IMG/VR virus record: IMGVR_UViG_3300018412_000011
Length of the DNA: 64,000 nt
Source: an uncultured virus (IMG/VR IMGVR_UViG_3300018412_000011)
Taxonomy: Duplodnaviria; Heunggongvirae; Uroviricota; Caudoviricetes
Direction: 5' to 3' (one strand)
Shown here: positions 1 to 9,885 of the stretch, in pieces
Layout of the letters: every line of letters starts with the position of its first letter
How positions within the stretch are numbered: the first letter of the stretch is position 1
The notes under the pieces: generated by a model
Seen by the model: only the letters and a program-made list of their open reading frames with translations
The model's database searches: none
What the model was told of the DNA's origin: nothing
Translations under genes and position numbers: made by a program

Positions 1-127
1 CATTTGCACAACCAAAATCAACAATGACATCCGCATTAACTTTATCAAGAAAGAATGCTTTATCAAGAATGCTCTGGGCCATCCTCTTATTGTATTTGTC
101 AAGGGATTCTATGTCTGCGTATTGCAT
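1..127 (-). CDS. Class I SAM-dependent methyltransferase, N-terminal part (runs off the window edge)
   Basis: Manual translation from ATG 127: MQYADIESLDKYNKRMAQSILDKAFFLDKVNADVIVDFGCAN. VDFGCA matches SAM-binding motif I. Not in the ORF track. Confidence 0.65.
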   Translation of the reverse strand, partial: MQYADIESLDKYNKRMAQSILDKAFFLDKVNADVIVDFGCAN

Positions 128-177
128 GTTCTCTCTTATAGCCACTTTTGTGAAATAGTCAAGAATTTTCTTATTTT

Positions 178-462
178 TTAAACAAACATGCAAAGACCAT
201 CGCCATCACAGAAAACTCCACATCTTATCAACTCTAATATCTGTTCATCTGTCATCGTATTAGCTTCATCCTCGCCTACTGCCAACCAAATTTTATCATG
301 TTCGGCAGCAACTATGATGTCAGATTTCCTAGGAAATATTTTATCTAATAAAACAAAAGCATTTAAATCTTTTCTTTGACTGTATTCTCTCTTTGCCTCT
401 TTGTGATTTAAAAACTCTTTTCCGTCTTCAGATAATTTTTCCCATCTTTCTTTAGCATACAT
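178..462 (-). CDS. Hypothetical protein
   Basis: 94-aa ORF, tightly packed with its neighbour. Confidence 0.55.
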   Translation of the reverse strand: MYAKERWEKLSEDGKEFLNHKEAKREYSQRKDLNAFVLLDKIFPRKSDIIVAAEHDKIWLAVGEDEANTMTDEQILELIRCGVFCDGDGLCMFV

Positions 463-463
463 A

Positions 464-772
464 TTAATCTTCCTTGATTTCTTCTAGTTGGTAAATAGAA
501 TTCGAGGTTTCAAAGGTGTTCCCCTCAACTTTAGCAATTGGACTTGTTTGAAAAAGACCAGAACAACTAACCCCATTTCTTTCTGTTCGCAACATTTGAA
601 AGGTTTTTCCCACTTCAGGCATAGATTCGACCCATCCAACAGCTTCATAATCTACAAACAAAGAAACATCCTCTTGGGGAATTGAACCACAAACATAACT
701 TTCTTGATCCGCAGTAGGGAACTCTGGATTTTCACAAGCAGACAACTTTTTGATTTTGATTTTGGTTTTCAT
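464..772 (-). CDS. Hypothetical protein
   Basis: 102-aa ORF. Confidence 0.55.
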   Translation of the reverse strand: MKTKIKIKKLSACENPEFPTADQESYVCGSIPQEDVSLFVDYEAVGWVESMPEVGKTFQMLRTERNGVSCSGLFQTSPIAKVEGNTFETSNSIYQLEEIKED

Positions 773-898
773 AATATTATTTTTTTTAAAAACTTGTGTT
801 GGTTGTTAGAACGAGTTATAACATATTCGAAATGATTCCACTGATGTTTCTAACATGTTATTTTCCTCAACATTCTCAACATTCTTCATAGTTTATTT

Positions 899-2734
899 TT
901 ATTTATAGTAATGTGGTTTTGTTATTGTTTCTCTTAGGTCAAAACCATAGGAACGACGACTAACCGAAACAATCATAGGGGCAAGTTCTCTTTTGACAAT
1001 CCCTAGGCCATCATAAAGATTCCACCATCTTTGTAAGTCTGCAACAAAATCTCTTCTATTGGCAAAAATTTCGTAAACATCAACTGGACATCCAAGATGT
1101 TCATTTAATTTGCCTTCGTCATAATAATAGAGAGTTGTTTCAAAAGAATCTCGATCCCATTTTTCAACCCAACTCATAAAAAGATAGTCGTGATAATCGT
1201 AAATTAAAGGATCGCCTTTCCCTTCAACAATATTTTGGTCCGCACTCAATTCAGCAGAAGGAATCATACTTAATGTTTCCTCTGGAATTACATTTTTAAT
1301 GTTCTCATTGTGCCATTTGCAAAGATCATAAATTTGATGTTTCCAAAGATCCATAACAGGAGCTAGAAATCCCATTAGATCGCCTCCAATGGTACAATAC
1401 CCTACAGTAGCTTCAGATTTGTTCCCGTTGCATGTGAATACCCCTCCGACCATTTGAGCAATACCCGCAAGAACACTATTAGAACGGTATCTAGCTTGGA
1501 TATTCTCAAAAGAAAGTTGATCGCATTTTTTCAACAAAGCATCTTCCAAACTATTCTTAATCGCATTTACTTCATTTTGAATTGGAATAGATAAATATTG
1601 ACATCCAATATTCATAGCTAATTTTTCAGCCGCGCTTATTGTTTGATTAGAATTAAAGTTTGTTGGCATATTGACAAGATATAAATTTTCTTTGTCAATG
1701 AATTGAGAAAAGATAGCTGCAACAAGAGAATTATCAACGCCTCCAGATGCCCCAATAACTACTTTCTTGATTCCAAACATTTCACAATATTTTTGACAAG
1801 CATATGTAATTGCCATATGAAGATATTGTTCATCAGAAATATTATCGCTTGTATAACATTCGCCCACCACCATAGTATTGTCATCCGTTATTACAACACT
1901 CTTAACCCCCTCTTCAAAAGGCTTGAAAAAGGAATATTTCATCTCGTTAGAATACACACAAGAATCTCCATCAAAAGTATACATTGTTTTTGCATTGTTT
2001 TGCGTCCCAACATTATTGACATAAAACAATTTCACATGAGTATTTGTTTTTTTGTCCAAAGATTTAGTATGCTTAGAGAAAACTCTATTTCTTTTATCAT
2101 TCTTTCCTTGAGTATAGGGAGAACAACTAAGATTTAAAATCACATTGACATCATCATCAATATGTTCGAGAGGCTTAATTACATAATCATCATCCCAACC
2201 GTCTTCGCAAATGATACATTGGATTCGATTTTTCCCAATATAAAGAGGCTTATGAAAAGGAATTTTAGGCTTTTCTGCTTTCCAATCTTCTTGGGTCATT
2301 TCTTGAAATATTTTGTCCGCCATAGATTTGCGAGCACTATAAAAATGACGATCATCATCAAACTCCCGATAATTAGGTTGCAAGAATTTTGTTTGAGTAT
2401 CCCAAATTCTTCTGTCTTTTGCGATGAAAACGCAATTTTCTAGTCTAGCTCTTCCATCTTCTCCTTTCTGGGAATAAGAAGCCTTAACGCTACCCCAAAT
2501 GATAATAATGTTTTCTGCTAATTTTGCTATTTTGAAATTTGCCTCTTCGCATTCTTGAATAAAAGATTTTCGTTCCCAATTGTCTCCTATGAGATATCCA
2601 GGCACGCACATTTCGGGGAACACAATTACATCAGACCTATCTTCTTTGGCTTTTTCAATGGCTTTGAGCATAGAAAGCCTATTCTCTTGGGGACTGCCAG
2701 AAACAACTTCAATTTGGGCAACAGTTATTTTCAT
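899..2734 (-). CDS. nadE: Glutamine-dependent NAD+ synthetase
   Basis: N-terminal nitrilase-type glutaminase (VFPE; K in QTKFLQPNYREFDDDRHF; ICEDGW) fused to a synthetase domain (GASGGVDN PP-loop variant, ENIQAR, GNKSE..GYCT, PSAEL). Confidence 0.95.
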   Translation of the reverse strand: MKITVAQIEVVSGSPQENRLSMLKAIEKAKEDRSDVIVFPEMCVPGYLIGDNWERKSFIQECEEANFKIAKLAENIIIIWGSVKASYSQKGEDGRARLENCVFIAKDRRIWDTQTKFLQPNYREFDDDRHFYSARKSMADKIFQEMTQEDWKAEKPKIPFHKPLYIGKNRIQCIICEDGWDDDYVIKPLEHIDDDVNVILNLSCSPYTQGKNDKRNRVFSKHTKSLDKKTNTHVKLFYVNNVGTQNNAKTMYTFDGDSCVYSNEMKYSFFKPFEEGVKSVVITDDNTMVVGECYTSDNISDEQYLHMAITYACQKYCEMFGIKKVVIGASGGVDNSLVAAIFSQFIDKENLYLVNMPTNFNSNQTISAAEKLAMNIGCQYLSIPIQNEVNAIKNSLEDALLKKCDQLSFENIQARYRSNSVLAGIAQMVGGVFTCNGNKSEATVGYCTIGGDLMGFLAPVMDLWKHQIYDLCKWHNENIKNVIPEETLSMIPSAELSADQNIVEGKGDPLIYDYHDYLFMSWVEKWDRDSFETTLYYYDEGKLNEHLGCPVDVYEIFANRRDFVADLQRWWNLYDGLGIVKRELAPMIVSVSRRSYGFDLRETITKPHYYK

Positions 2735-2740
2735 GGGGCA

Positions 2741-2768
2741 TTTATATCAACTTCTTCTGATATGTCAA
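2741..2768 (-). promoter_or_regulatory. Sigma70-type promoter TTGACA-N16-TATAAA, 6 nt before the nadE ATG (leaderless)
   Basis: Read directly from sequence; the same geometry recurs at several other genes. Confidence 0.7.
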
Positions 2769-2867
2769 TCCTTTTTTGACGAGAATCCATCATTTCACGA
2801 ATTTTCCCATAAAAAATCAAGAAAACCAAAATTAACCAAATAATTGTAACAATTATATCTTCCTTTT

Positions 2868-4568
2868 TCATTTCATTTTTGCTTTGTAAACTTGATTACC
2901 ATCAATGTAGTGAACTGTTCCCAATACATTATATAGCTTATTGACATTAGAGAAGGGAGGGTTGGAAATAACTTTCACTCCAGAATCCTTGAAAATTTCC
3001 AAAGTGCTTTCGGTTGCCAATGCAGTCACCCCATTAGGCAAAACAGTAAAGGAAATTGGACCCAAAGGAACATCATTTTCTACTCTTACAGTATATGTTT
3101 TGTAATCTTCCTCAAAAGAAAAAATAAATCTAGAATAAATGCCGTTATGTTCTGCATAAACAACACAAATATTCTCTTCCATTTTAGCATCAATAATTCT
3201 GTAGGAACCAAGTTCTGAAATTTTCAAAGTGTTTACACAATTCTGACGATTTCTTTCATAAGGAATAACGAAATGGGTTTCTCCGAAAATAGATTCGATA
3301 ACTAATCCTTCAAAAACATTTGTGGATAGCTTCATCACTCCAGCCACTACTTTTAAGCCTCCTACAATTTTGTTTCCAAATCTGTTGAAGGAAATTTCAA
3401 TCATTTTCCCTTGATTAACTGAGTAAACCTTATCACCTTTAACAAAAAAACCTTCAGAATGTACTTTTTGGAGTACATCTTGGGTTCTGAAATTATAACA
3501 AGATAAATCAGTGCCATTTAAGACAACTGCCACTGGCATATTGCCTCCAATATCAATGAGTTTAATCTTCTCATTGATTTTGGATTTTCTAATGGGAGTG
3601 TCCATTATTCCATCTTTATAAATTCCATCATTTTGAACCCAATAAGGGACTCCCATAAATGAATAGAAGTCGATAATATCTCCTTTGGTTTCAGCAACCA
3701 AATCAATATCAAAATGTCCATCAGATATATCAACATCAAATTCAAATTGAGATTCAATATTGGAACTGAAATCAGCCAATGTGGGGGGGGCAAGTCTTTT
3801 GTTTCCCAAAAACATCTTCTTAAACCACTCTAAATGAGAAGCTGGAATCATAGAAAAATCTCTAAAAGGTTTGGGTAATTTTGCTTTGGGATCAAAAACA
3901 GACACCCCATCTTTCATTTTTTTCACCCATTCTTTAGGCTTATAATCTGGATGCCCTCCTCGATAGGGATGGATGCCTACCCAAAGATAAAAACTTAAAA
4001 TCCCAAAAGAAAACCAATCACTATTTTCAGTCCATTTGTTGTCTTTAATTTCAGGGTCTCGAATAGACTCCATGATTGCATCTGCCTTATAAGAAGGGGT
4101 TTTATAAGAATCTGTGTCAATGAAAAACACTTCAGAAAAATTTTCATCAACAAGAATGTTCATTTCATTCAAATCAACAATGAGGAAACCAGCATCGTGA
4201 ATGTATTTTACAATATCTTGGATTTGTCCAATTAAATCATTAACTTGTTGGTCTGTAATGTTGTTGTTCTTTTTAAATGTCTTTGTGAACAACTGACACA
4301 AGGGAAGACAATTATCTTTGAAGTCGGTTAGATAACCAATTGCCTTAGATTTTTCATAAACAATTTCTTGAGGGGCTAAAACATTTGGATGCTTAATTCC
4401 TTGAAGTTCTTTAATCTTCTCTACAGGAATCATTTGTTTGGGGTTTTTGTATATTTTGATTGCTTTCCCATTAACACAAAAAATATCTGCTTGACCTCCA
4501 GAAGCTTTATAGTTCGAAGAATCAAGTTTGATTTCTCCCATTCCATTTATTTTAACTTTTTTTTCCAT
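2868..4568 (-). CDS. Ser/Thr protein kinase-like (YegI/TerY-P triad type) with a beta-rich C-terminal region
   Basis: Gly loop SGGQA, AIKIY lysine, catalytic loop DLNEMN, DTDS in place of DFG, SDWFSFG, HPYRG. Confidence 0.85.
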   Translation of the reverse strand: MEKKVKINGMGEIKLDSSNYKASGGQADIFCVNGKAIKIYKNPKQMIPVEKIKELQGIKHPNVLAPQEIVYEKSKAIGYLTDFKDNCLPLCQLFTKTFKKNNNITDQQVNDLIGQIQDIVKYIHDAGFLIVDLNEMNILVDENFSEVFFIDTDSYKTPSYKADAIMESIRDPEIKDNKWTENSDWFSFGILSFYLWVGIHPYRGGHPDYKPKEWVKKMKDGVSVFDPKAKLPKPFRDFSMIPASHLEWFKKMFLGNKRLAPPTLADFSSNIESQFEFDVDISDGHFDIDLVAETKGDIIDFYSFMGVPYWVQNDGIYKDGIMDTPIRKSKINEKIKLIDIGGNMPVAVVLNGTDLSCYNFRTQDVLQKVHSEGFFVKGDKVYSVNQGKMIEISFNRFGNKIVGGLKVVAGVMKLSTNVFEGLVIESIFGETHFVIPYERNRQNCVNTLKISELGSYRIIDAKMEENICVVYAEHNGIYSRFIFSFEEDYKTYTVRVENDVPLGPISFTVLPNGVTALATESTLEIFKDSGVKVISNPPFSNVNKLYNVLGTVHYIDGNQVYKAKMK

Positions 4569-5273
4569 TCAACTTCCAAAGTAAATATAAAATTTTCCGT
4601 CTCTTTTTTTGAATCCCTCTAAAAAAATATGATCCATATCGGGAACATGAGATTGCAATTCATTTGCTTTCTTCATAACATCATACCAAGTGGGGTTTAC
4701 AAGAGTAAATGAAGTCTGAAGATCTTTGTATTCAGGATCATAATCAACAATACCTAAAAGATTGTTCATAACGAAATGATATTCCTCTCCTTCACAATCA
4801 GGCTTAAAAGATTCATTCCAATTCTTTTTAGGAAAAGCACAAATATACAAGGGACTACTTTGATTATCTTTTTCAAGCAAAGTTTCTAATTCGTCACGTA
4901 ATTTTTTCTCCCTTTTTTCTTTTTCTTCGTATTCTCTTTCTATTTTTTCAGCTTCTTTTTTCCATTGTTCGGTTTTCTGAAAAAAGTTGTTATCATCTAA
5001 ATATTTATCAAATGATTCTTGAACATTGCAAGAGCAAAGTTTATCTATAAGCCTAATAAAAAGAGAACCATGATGAGGGTTAACACAAACATTGGCACCA
5101 ATAACTTCCACATTACGAAACCCTAATTTTTCAGCAAATTCTTTTGTTTCAAAAAACTTTTCAACATTTTTTTGAATATGCCAAGGGAAGCCTTCTTTCA
5201 CTCCCATTTGACTAGAAGAAATGATAATTTCACATACTTCTTGGGGAATGATCTTTCTTGTTGTCTTTTTCAC
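4569..5273 (-). CDS. Hypothetical protein between the PP2C and kinase genes
   Basis: 234-aa ORF, GTG start 6 nt after a predicted -10 box. Confidence 0.65.
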   Translation of the reverse strand: MKKTTRKIIPQEVCEIIISSSQMGVKEGFPWHIQKNVEKFFETKEFAEKLGFRNVEVIGANVCVNPHHGSLFIRLIDKLCSCNVQESFDKYLDDNNFFQKTEQWKKEAEKIEREYEEKEKREKKLRDELETLLEKDNQSSPLYICAFPKKNWNESFKPDCEGEEYHFVMNNLLGIVDYDPEYKDLQTSFTLVNPTWYDVMKKANELQSHVPDMDHIFLEGFKKRDGKFYIYFGS

Positions 5274-5279
5274 GGTTGA

Positions 5280-5307
5280 ACCTTAACATGTTCCAAGGAC
5301 AAGTCAA
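5280..5307 (-). promoter_or_regulatory. Promoter TTGACT-N16-TAAGGT, 6 nt before GTG 5273
   Basis: Read directly from sequence. Confidence 0.6.
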
Positions 5308-6305
5308 TCCAATTTTTTGTTTATTTTCAAGGAAGCAAAAGAAATATCGTCATGGTGTTTAATACCCTCCTTTACCCATTTGCGTTGGAAAAAATTCACT
5401 TTTCGTTTTACAAAATCTCCATTGAAATTTTTATAGTCGAAAAGATCTAGGGTCAACTGCAACTCATCAACAGGTTCATTGTTTGCTTTTATAAAAGAAC
5501 TTAATCCATCAGAAGCAATTGCTATTAAATCTAGATTTTTGAAAACATTTATTCGATCCGCCATAAAGTTAGCATACAAATCTATTTGAGGATTTTCATC
5601 AAACAAATCGTAATCATAATCATTCGGAAAGAATATCTTTTCCCGAATCGAATTGCATTCCACATAACACGATTTATCTCCAAAAAATTCCATGTAATTC
5701 CAAATTCTCTTTTTATTACAATTCTTTTCGTTAGGAACACCTGTTGGATTAAAAAGAGAATGTTGAGGTTCCAATACATATGAAAAATAGAAGGGAGCAT
5801 TGCTATTGAAAACTGTTTTTCGATATTTTTTTTTATTTTGATATTGAAAAAAGCAAACTCCATCTCCTAATGTAAATTGAAGAAAGTAATTTTGATATTG
5901 AACTACTACTAAGATAGTAGCGTCAAGAACTTCAGTGGGAAAATTGTAAGTAATCAAAAAATCACAACAACGATCATACAAATTATATATAAACTTGGAA
6001 GAAAAAGATTTTTTGTCAAATTTTTCTTCCCAAAAAGCCGCTCTATAACGGGTATCAACAATATAAGGAATTTCTTCCTTAAGTGTATTAACAACATTCC
6101 AAGCTAATGCCTTCGCCCCAAAATCAACTTTTTTAGTTATCTCATGTGAACTAGAACAGCCATCGCATAAAACCAAAGTGTTGAATTCATCTATCTCTTT
6201 GGTTTCGAGATTTCTAAATCTTACATTTTGGTGAATCGCATAATCTTGACAGACATCATGCGATTCACCAATTTTGTAAACAGAATCTAATCTTGTTCCA
6301 AACAT
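5304..6305 (-). CDS. PP2C-family protein phosphatase (YegK/TerY-P triad type)
   Basis: G.SH..CQD, LCDGCSS, LGDG, ASDG and HHDD motifs. Confidence 0.88.
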   Translation of the reverse strand: MFGTRLDSVYKIGESHDVCQDYAIHQNVRFRNLETKEIDEFNTLVLCDGCSSSHEITKKVDFGAKALAWNVVNTLKEEIPYIVDTRYRAAFWEEKFDKKSFSSKFIYNLYDRCCDFLITYNFPTEVLDATILVVVQYQNYFLQFTLGDGVCFFQYQNKKKYRKTVFNSNAPFYFSYVLEPQHSLFNPTGVPNEKNCNKKRIWNYMEFFGDKSCYVECNSIREKIFFPNDYDYDLFDENPQIDLYANFMADRINVFKNLDLIAIASDGLSSFIKANNEPVDELQLTLDLFDYKNFNGDFVKRKVNFFQRKWVKEGIKHHDDISFASLKINKKLD

Positions 6306-7054
6306 TAGATAATCAACAAGCTAGAGGATGCTCCACTTGTCCCTGCACTTCCATTTGCTAAAGACTGCGAGGAAGAAACAATGCTTTGGCTGACGTATCC
6401 CGCGAGTTTTGCTAATGCGTTTTCAGGATTGGATTCGTTGAACAACTCTGTCATGGAAACAAACTGATTCAATTCAGCTTCATCTTTAAGGTTGTCAAGA
6501 TAATCCGCAATATCTTCATATCCAACCCCAATCAAAATGACACTCAAAGATTCAAGATATTCGTCTCGAATACAACTTCCAATTCTACTTTTGATTTCTG
6601 TGGTTGTAAAAGAGGAAGTGTTATCCGCTCCATCTGTAAGAACATAAACCACTCCGTTCGCAAGGAACTCTTGATCTTGCAAGATTCTCGCATATTCATT
6701 CATGGCTTCAATGCCTTGAACAATAGCGTCATAACAACTAGTAGAACCTCCAGGATTCAAACTTCCAACATATTCATCAACATTGATGTCATCCAAAAGT
6801 TTAAACCCATGTATTTCATTAACACTTTGATTAAAAGTCAAAATGCGAACCATGAGGTTTTCACTTCTTGGACTTGCTTTGCACGACTCAATAATTGTTT
6901 GAATGCATTGTTCAAGTTCTAGGTGGAATCCATGAACGGAGGCAGAAACGTCAACTGCAATGGTTACAAGAGTGTATTCAGATGCCCCCAAGTCATCAAC
7001 ACTTGTAGCACTAAATTTAAAATTAGAGGGGGTTTGTACTGTTAGATCGGGCAT
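6305..7054 (-). CDS. vWA-domain protein (TerY/YegL-like)
   Basis: MIDAS motif DVSAS, GGST..YDAI, LTDGADN. Confidence 0.88.
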   Translation of the reverse strand: MPDLTVQTPSNFKFSATSVDDLGASEYTLVTIAVDVSASVHGFHLELEQCIQTIIESCKASPRSENLMVRILTFNQSVNEIHGFKLLDDINVDEYVGSLNPGGSTSCYDAIVQGIEAMNEYARILQDQEFLANGVVYVLTDGADNTSSFTTTEIKSRIGSCIRDEYLESLSVILIGVGYEDIADYLDNLKDEAELNQFVSMTELFNESNPENALAKLAGYVSQSIVSSSQSLANGSAGTSGASSSLLII

Positions 7055-7071
7055 TTTATCTTCCTTTTATT

Positions 7072-7392
7072 TTATGATGTTTTTTGTTTTTTAATTACTC
7101 TTACATGAAAGCAATTTGGAATTCGAAATATTTTTGAAATACGACCTTGAGCAGGATATTCTTTTCCTCCCATTCCCTTTCCATATAGATGATGTTTTAG
7201 AATAGTCCGGTCAGTATCTAAATTCAGAATATTAAATCCTTTGGAAGTTACTTTAATAAATTTACAATGTAAGGTTTTGTTTCCAATCGAAACTTCAAGC
7301 TCATCTCCTAAAGTTAACTGAACTTCATGTGTTTGAGAAAAATAATCTCTACGAAATCTAATTAATTTAGAAGATGGCTTTTTGTCAGTCAT
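7072..7392 (-). CDS. Hypothetical protein
   Basis: 106-aa basic ORF preceded by an AAGGA SD. Confidence 0.55.
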   Translation of the reverse strand: MTDKKPSSKLIRFRRDYFSQTHEVQLTLGDELEVSIGNKTLHCKFIKVTSKGFNILNLDTDRTILKHHLYGKGMGGKEYPAQGRISKIFRIPNCFHVRVIKKQKTS

Positions 7393-7441
7393 GAACTTTC
7401 CTTATAATTTTTATACATACCATTTTTTTTAATCTTTGGCA

Positions 7442-7467
7442 AGGACTTTTTGAACAAAAATTCGAAT
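7442..7467 (+). promoter_or_regulatory. SigH-like promoter AGGA-N18-GAAT upstream of the endonuclease gene
   Basis: The motif recurs upstream of several genes. Confidence 0.45.
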
Positions 7468-7500
7468 AAAGTCATAAATAGTATAAGCTAAAGAGGGAAA

Positions 7501-8607
7501 ATGAATCAAAATAAAAAAATAGATGAAATAAGAAAAATTTTTAAAAAAAATGGATATGTATTGATAACAAAAAAATATGAAGGATGCAAACAAAAATTCG
7601 AATGTATTTGTCCCAACGGGCATAAACAACATAGATCAAAACAAAGTATAAAGGAAGGTAGGGGATGCAAAGTGTGTATGGGTAAAGAAAGATATTCCTT
7701 TGAATATGTTAAAAGATTTTTCGAAAATAAAAATTGCAAATTGCTCTCTACTGAATATCGAAACAATAATCAATTACTAGAATATATTTGTGCTTGTGGA
7801 GAAAAAAGCGAGATAAGGTTCAGAAGCTTCCAAGGTGGGGGGCGATGCAAAAAATGTCAATCTGAAAGAGCAATAGAAACCAACAAAAACAATCACAATG
7901 GGAAACATCATTTTCAAACAGAATCTTTTAAAAAGAAAAGGGGTAAGAAAAACCTAGAGAAGTATGGGGTAGAACATGTCTTGCAAAATGAAGAAATTAA
8001 AGAAAAAATGAAGAAAACAAACTTAAAAAGATATGGAACAGAATTCGTTTTTCAAAATGAAAACGTTAAAGAGAAAATAAAGAAAACGAACTTAGAAAAA
8101 TATGGGGTAGAATACAATTTGCAAAACGACAAAATATATGAGAAATTCCAAAATACATTAATGGAAAGATACGGAGTACCTAGTTTAGCTTATTTATCTA
8201 CCCCTGCCTCAAAAGAAAGCCAAGTTTTATTCTTCGAAATACAAAATAAGATGATAGAAAGTAAGATTGACATAAGCAAAAATTATTTTGCTTCTTTAAA
8301 TCAAGAATTTGTAATAAAATATTTATCCAACTATTATAAATATGATTTTGTCAATACAAAATTAAAAAAATGTATAGAATACAACGGCAAGAATTTCCAT
8401 CCACACCCAAGCCAAAAAGAAGATGAAACAGGTTGGTGTGCCTTTCATCCACACAAAACAGTTAAAGAAGCTAGAAGGTATGAAGAAAAAAAACTAGAGG
8501 GGATAAGAAAAAGAGGCTTCGAAATCTTGGTGGTTTGGGATTATGAATTACACCAAGATTTCGAAGCATTAGTCGAGAAGTGTTTAACTTTTATAAAAGA
8601 AAAGTAG
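7501..8607 (+). CDS. Putative free-standing homing endonuclease (Zn-ribbon repeats, KTNLEKYGVE repeats, C-terminal Vsr/DUF559-like nuclease)
   Basis: CPNGH..CKVC and CACG..CKKC; repeated (K)TNLEKYGVE..LQN; YDF....K.CIEYNG..FH...GFEILVVW. Opposite strand to both neighbours. Confidence 0.75.
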   Translation: MNQNKKIDEIRKIFKKNGYVLITKKYEGCKQKFECICPNGHKQHRSKQSIKEGRGCKVCMGKERYSFEYVKRFFENKNCKLLSTEYRNNNQLLEYICACGEKSEIRFRSFQGGGRCKKCQSERAIETNKNNHNGKHHFQTESFKKKRGKKNLEKYGVEHVLQNEEIKEKMKKTNLKRYGTEFVFQNENVKEKIKKTNLEKYGVEYNLQNDKIYEKFQNTLMERYGVPSLAYLSTPASKESQVLFFEIQNKMIESKIDISKNYFASLNQEFVIKYLSNYYKYDFVNTKLKKCIEYNGKNFHPHPSQKEDETGWCAFHPHKTVKEARRYEEKKLEGIRKRGFEILVVWDYELHQDFEALVEKCLTFIKEK

Positions 8608-9451
8608 AACTATTTTCTATTCTAACCCCAATGCTTTTCATGTCATTAAAGAAAGCATGACCTAAGTTCTCAAAACCAGGAACGTCACTCATACAGTCTT
8701 CTAATAGAATAAACTTTTTGGCTTGTTCTCTGCCAAAATTTTCAATCACATCTCTTATGGTGTCAGCTACACAAAAATTTCTTGCTTGACCAGAAATAAT
8801 AATCATATCGGCTTCTGCCATGTTGTTGAGAATTTCAGTATTAAGCCCCGTAGAAGGATCAGCGGGATCAACTACGTCTGCTTTAATCGCACTGTAATGT
8901 TCTGTCCAAGGGTTCGACCCCTTGACTTGATAGTCAACGGTTTTATGTCGATTTTTAGCCCAATTGGAAAGGGCGGTGGAAATGGGTTCATAAACGGCAT
9001 GACCACTATATTCGAAAGTAAGAGGATTTCCATCATGAACAATCGAATCTCCATTTTCATCCAAAAGGGGTTTGAGTTCAGTTTTTCCGATAATACAGTG
9101 AGGAGGCCAAATGCAAAGAGGTTTCTTACTGTTTCGAGTAAGTTCTTTTACATACTCAACTCCCTTTTGAGGAATGATGGCTTTCCAAACCCCATTGACA
9201 ACATCTTGTTCAGAAATAATAGTGAAAGGAGCGGGATGTTCTCCATTCGAGTTTGTCCACATAATAGGGTGGGCAATATCAACTTCATTATGACTGTCCA
9301 AAGTAATGTGGATGTCATCAATTTTGCGTTCATTGCGGGCGATAAATTCCGCAAATCGTACACTGTCTTCTACTGCACCTGGAACAGAAAGATTTCCTTG
9401 TGGGTGGCAGAAGTCATTTTGAACATCAATTCCTAAAATATGAATTTTCAT
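8591..9451 (-). CDS. pncA: Nicotinamidase / isochorismatase-family cysteine hydrolase
   Basis: IDVQNDF, metal ligands LDSH and WPPHC, catalytic Lys in VKG, G.A.NFCV nucleophile. Confidence 0.8.
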   Translation of the reverse strand: MKIHILGIDVQNDFCHPQGNLSVPGAVEDSVRFAEFIARNERKIDDIHITLDSHNEVDIAHPIMWTNSNGEHPAPFTIISEQDVVNGVWKAIIPQKGVEYVKELTRNSKKPLCIWPPHCIIGKTELKPLLDENGDSIVHDGNPLTFEYSGHAVYEPISTALSNWAKNRHKTVDYQVKGSNPWTEHYSAIKADVVDPADPSTGLNTEILNNMAEADMIIISGQARNFCVADTIRDVIENFGREQAKKFILLEDCMSDVPGFENLGHAFFNDMKSIGVRIENSSTFLL

Positions 9452-9469
9452 AATTAATTTCCTTTGTTT

Positions 9470-9505
9470 TTTGTTTGTACGTCATACTTTGTTTGTACGT
9501 CATAC
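9470..9505. repeat. Perfect 18-bp tandem duplication (tttgtttgtacgtcatac x2) in the pncA leader
   Basis: Read directly from sequence. Confidence 0.9.
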
Positions 9506-9531
9506 TTTACTGTTTTCTTTATCAATGTCAA
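9504..9531 (-). promoter_or_regulatory. Promoter TTGACA-N16-TAAAGT upstream of pncA
   Basis: Read directly from sequence; an AAAGGA SD precedes ATG 9451. Confidence 0.6.
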
Positions 9532-9539
9532 TACTTTTT

Positions 9540-9860
9540 TTATTTTAAATTGCTTCTTTTATAGAGTCGATAAAAAGAGAAGGGTTTGGGCCATTCTGAT
9601 CGAGGTTTGAAAACAATACACATTTCTTCATTATCCAAACTCGATTCGGTTATGACAATGTTATCTTCAAAAGCTTTGGCTTTATCAAATTCCTTGTCAT
9701 TAACCATGCAAACAACTTTTTTGAAAGAATTTTGAAGCCAATCCATATATTCTTCATTTCCTTGAAACTTCAAATGACAAGCCAAAGAAGCATGAGCAAC
9801 AGACACAATTGCTTTGTCTTGCTCAACATTTTCTCTAACTAGAATATACATTTTGCTCAT
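9540..9860 (-). CDS. Peptidyl-tRNA hydrolase, Pth2-like
   Basis: KMYILVR, VAHASLA, W....FKKVV and C-terminal F.P pattern of the PTH2 fold. Confidence 0.75.
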   Translation of the reverse strand: MSKMYILVRENVEQDKAIVSVAHASLACHLKFQGNEEYMDWLQNSFKKVVCMVNDKEFDKAKAFEDNIVITESSLDNEEMCIVFKPRSEWPKPFSFYRLYKRSNLK

Positions 9861-9885
9861 TTTTAATTTCCCTTCTTAGTGGTAT

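Noticed and set aside
8723..9436. 237-aa plus-strand ORF and other antisense ORFs (e.g. 1703-2137, 20668-21108, 32055-32474)
   Set aside because: They are shadows of well-supported minus-strand genes and have no recognisable motifs.
9470..9505. NrtR/NiaR operator upstream of pncA
   Set aside because: It is a direct tandem duplication rather than a palindrome, and no such regulator is in the window.
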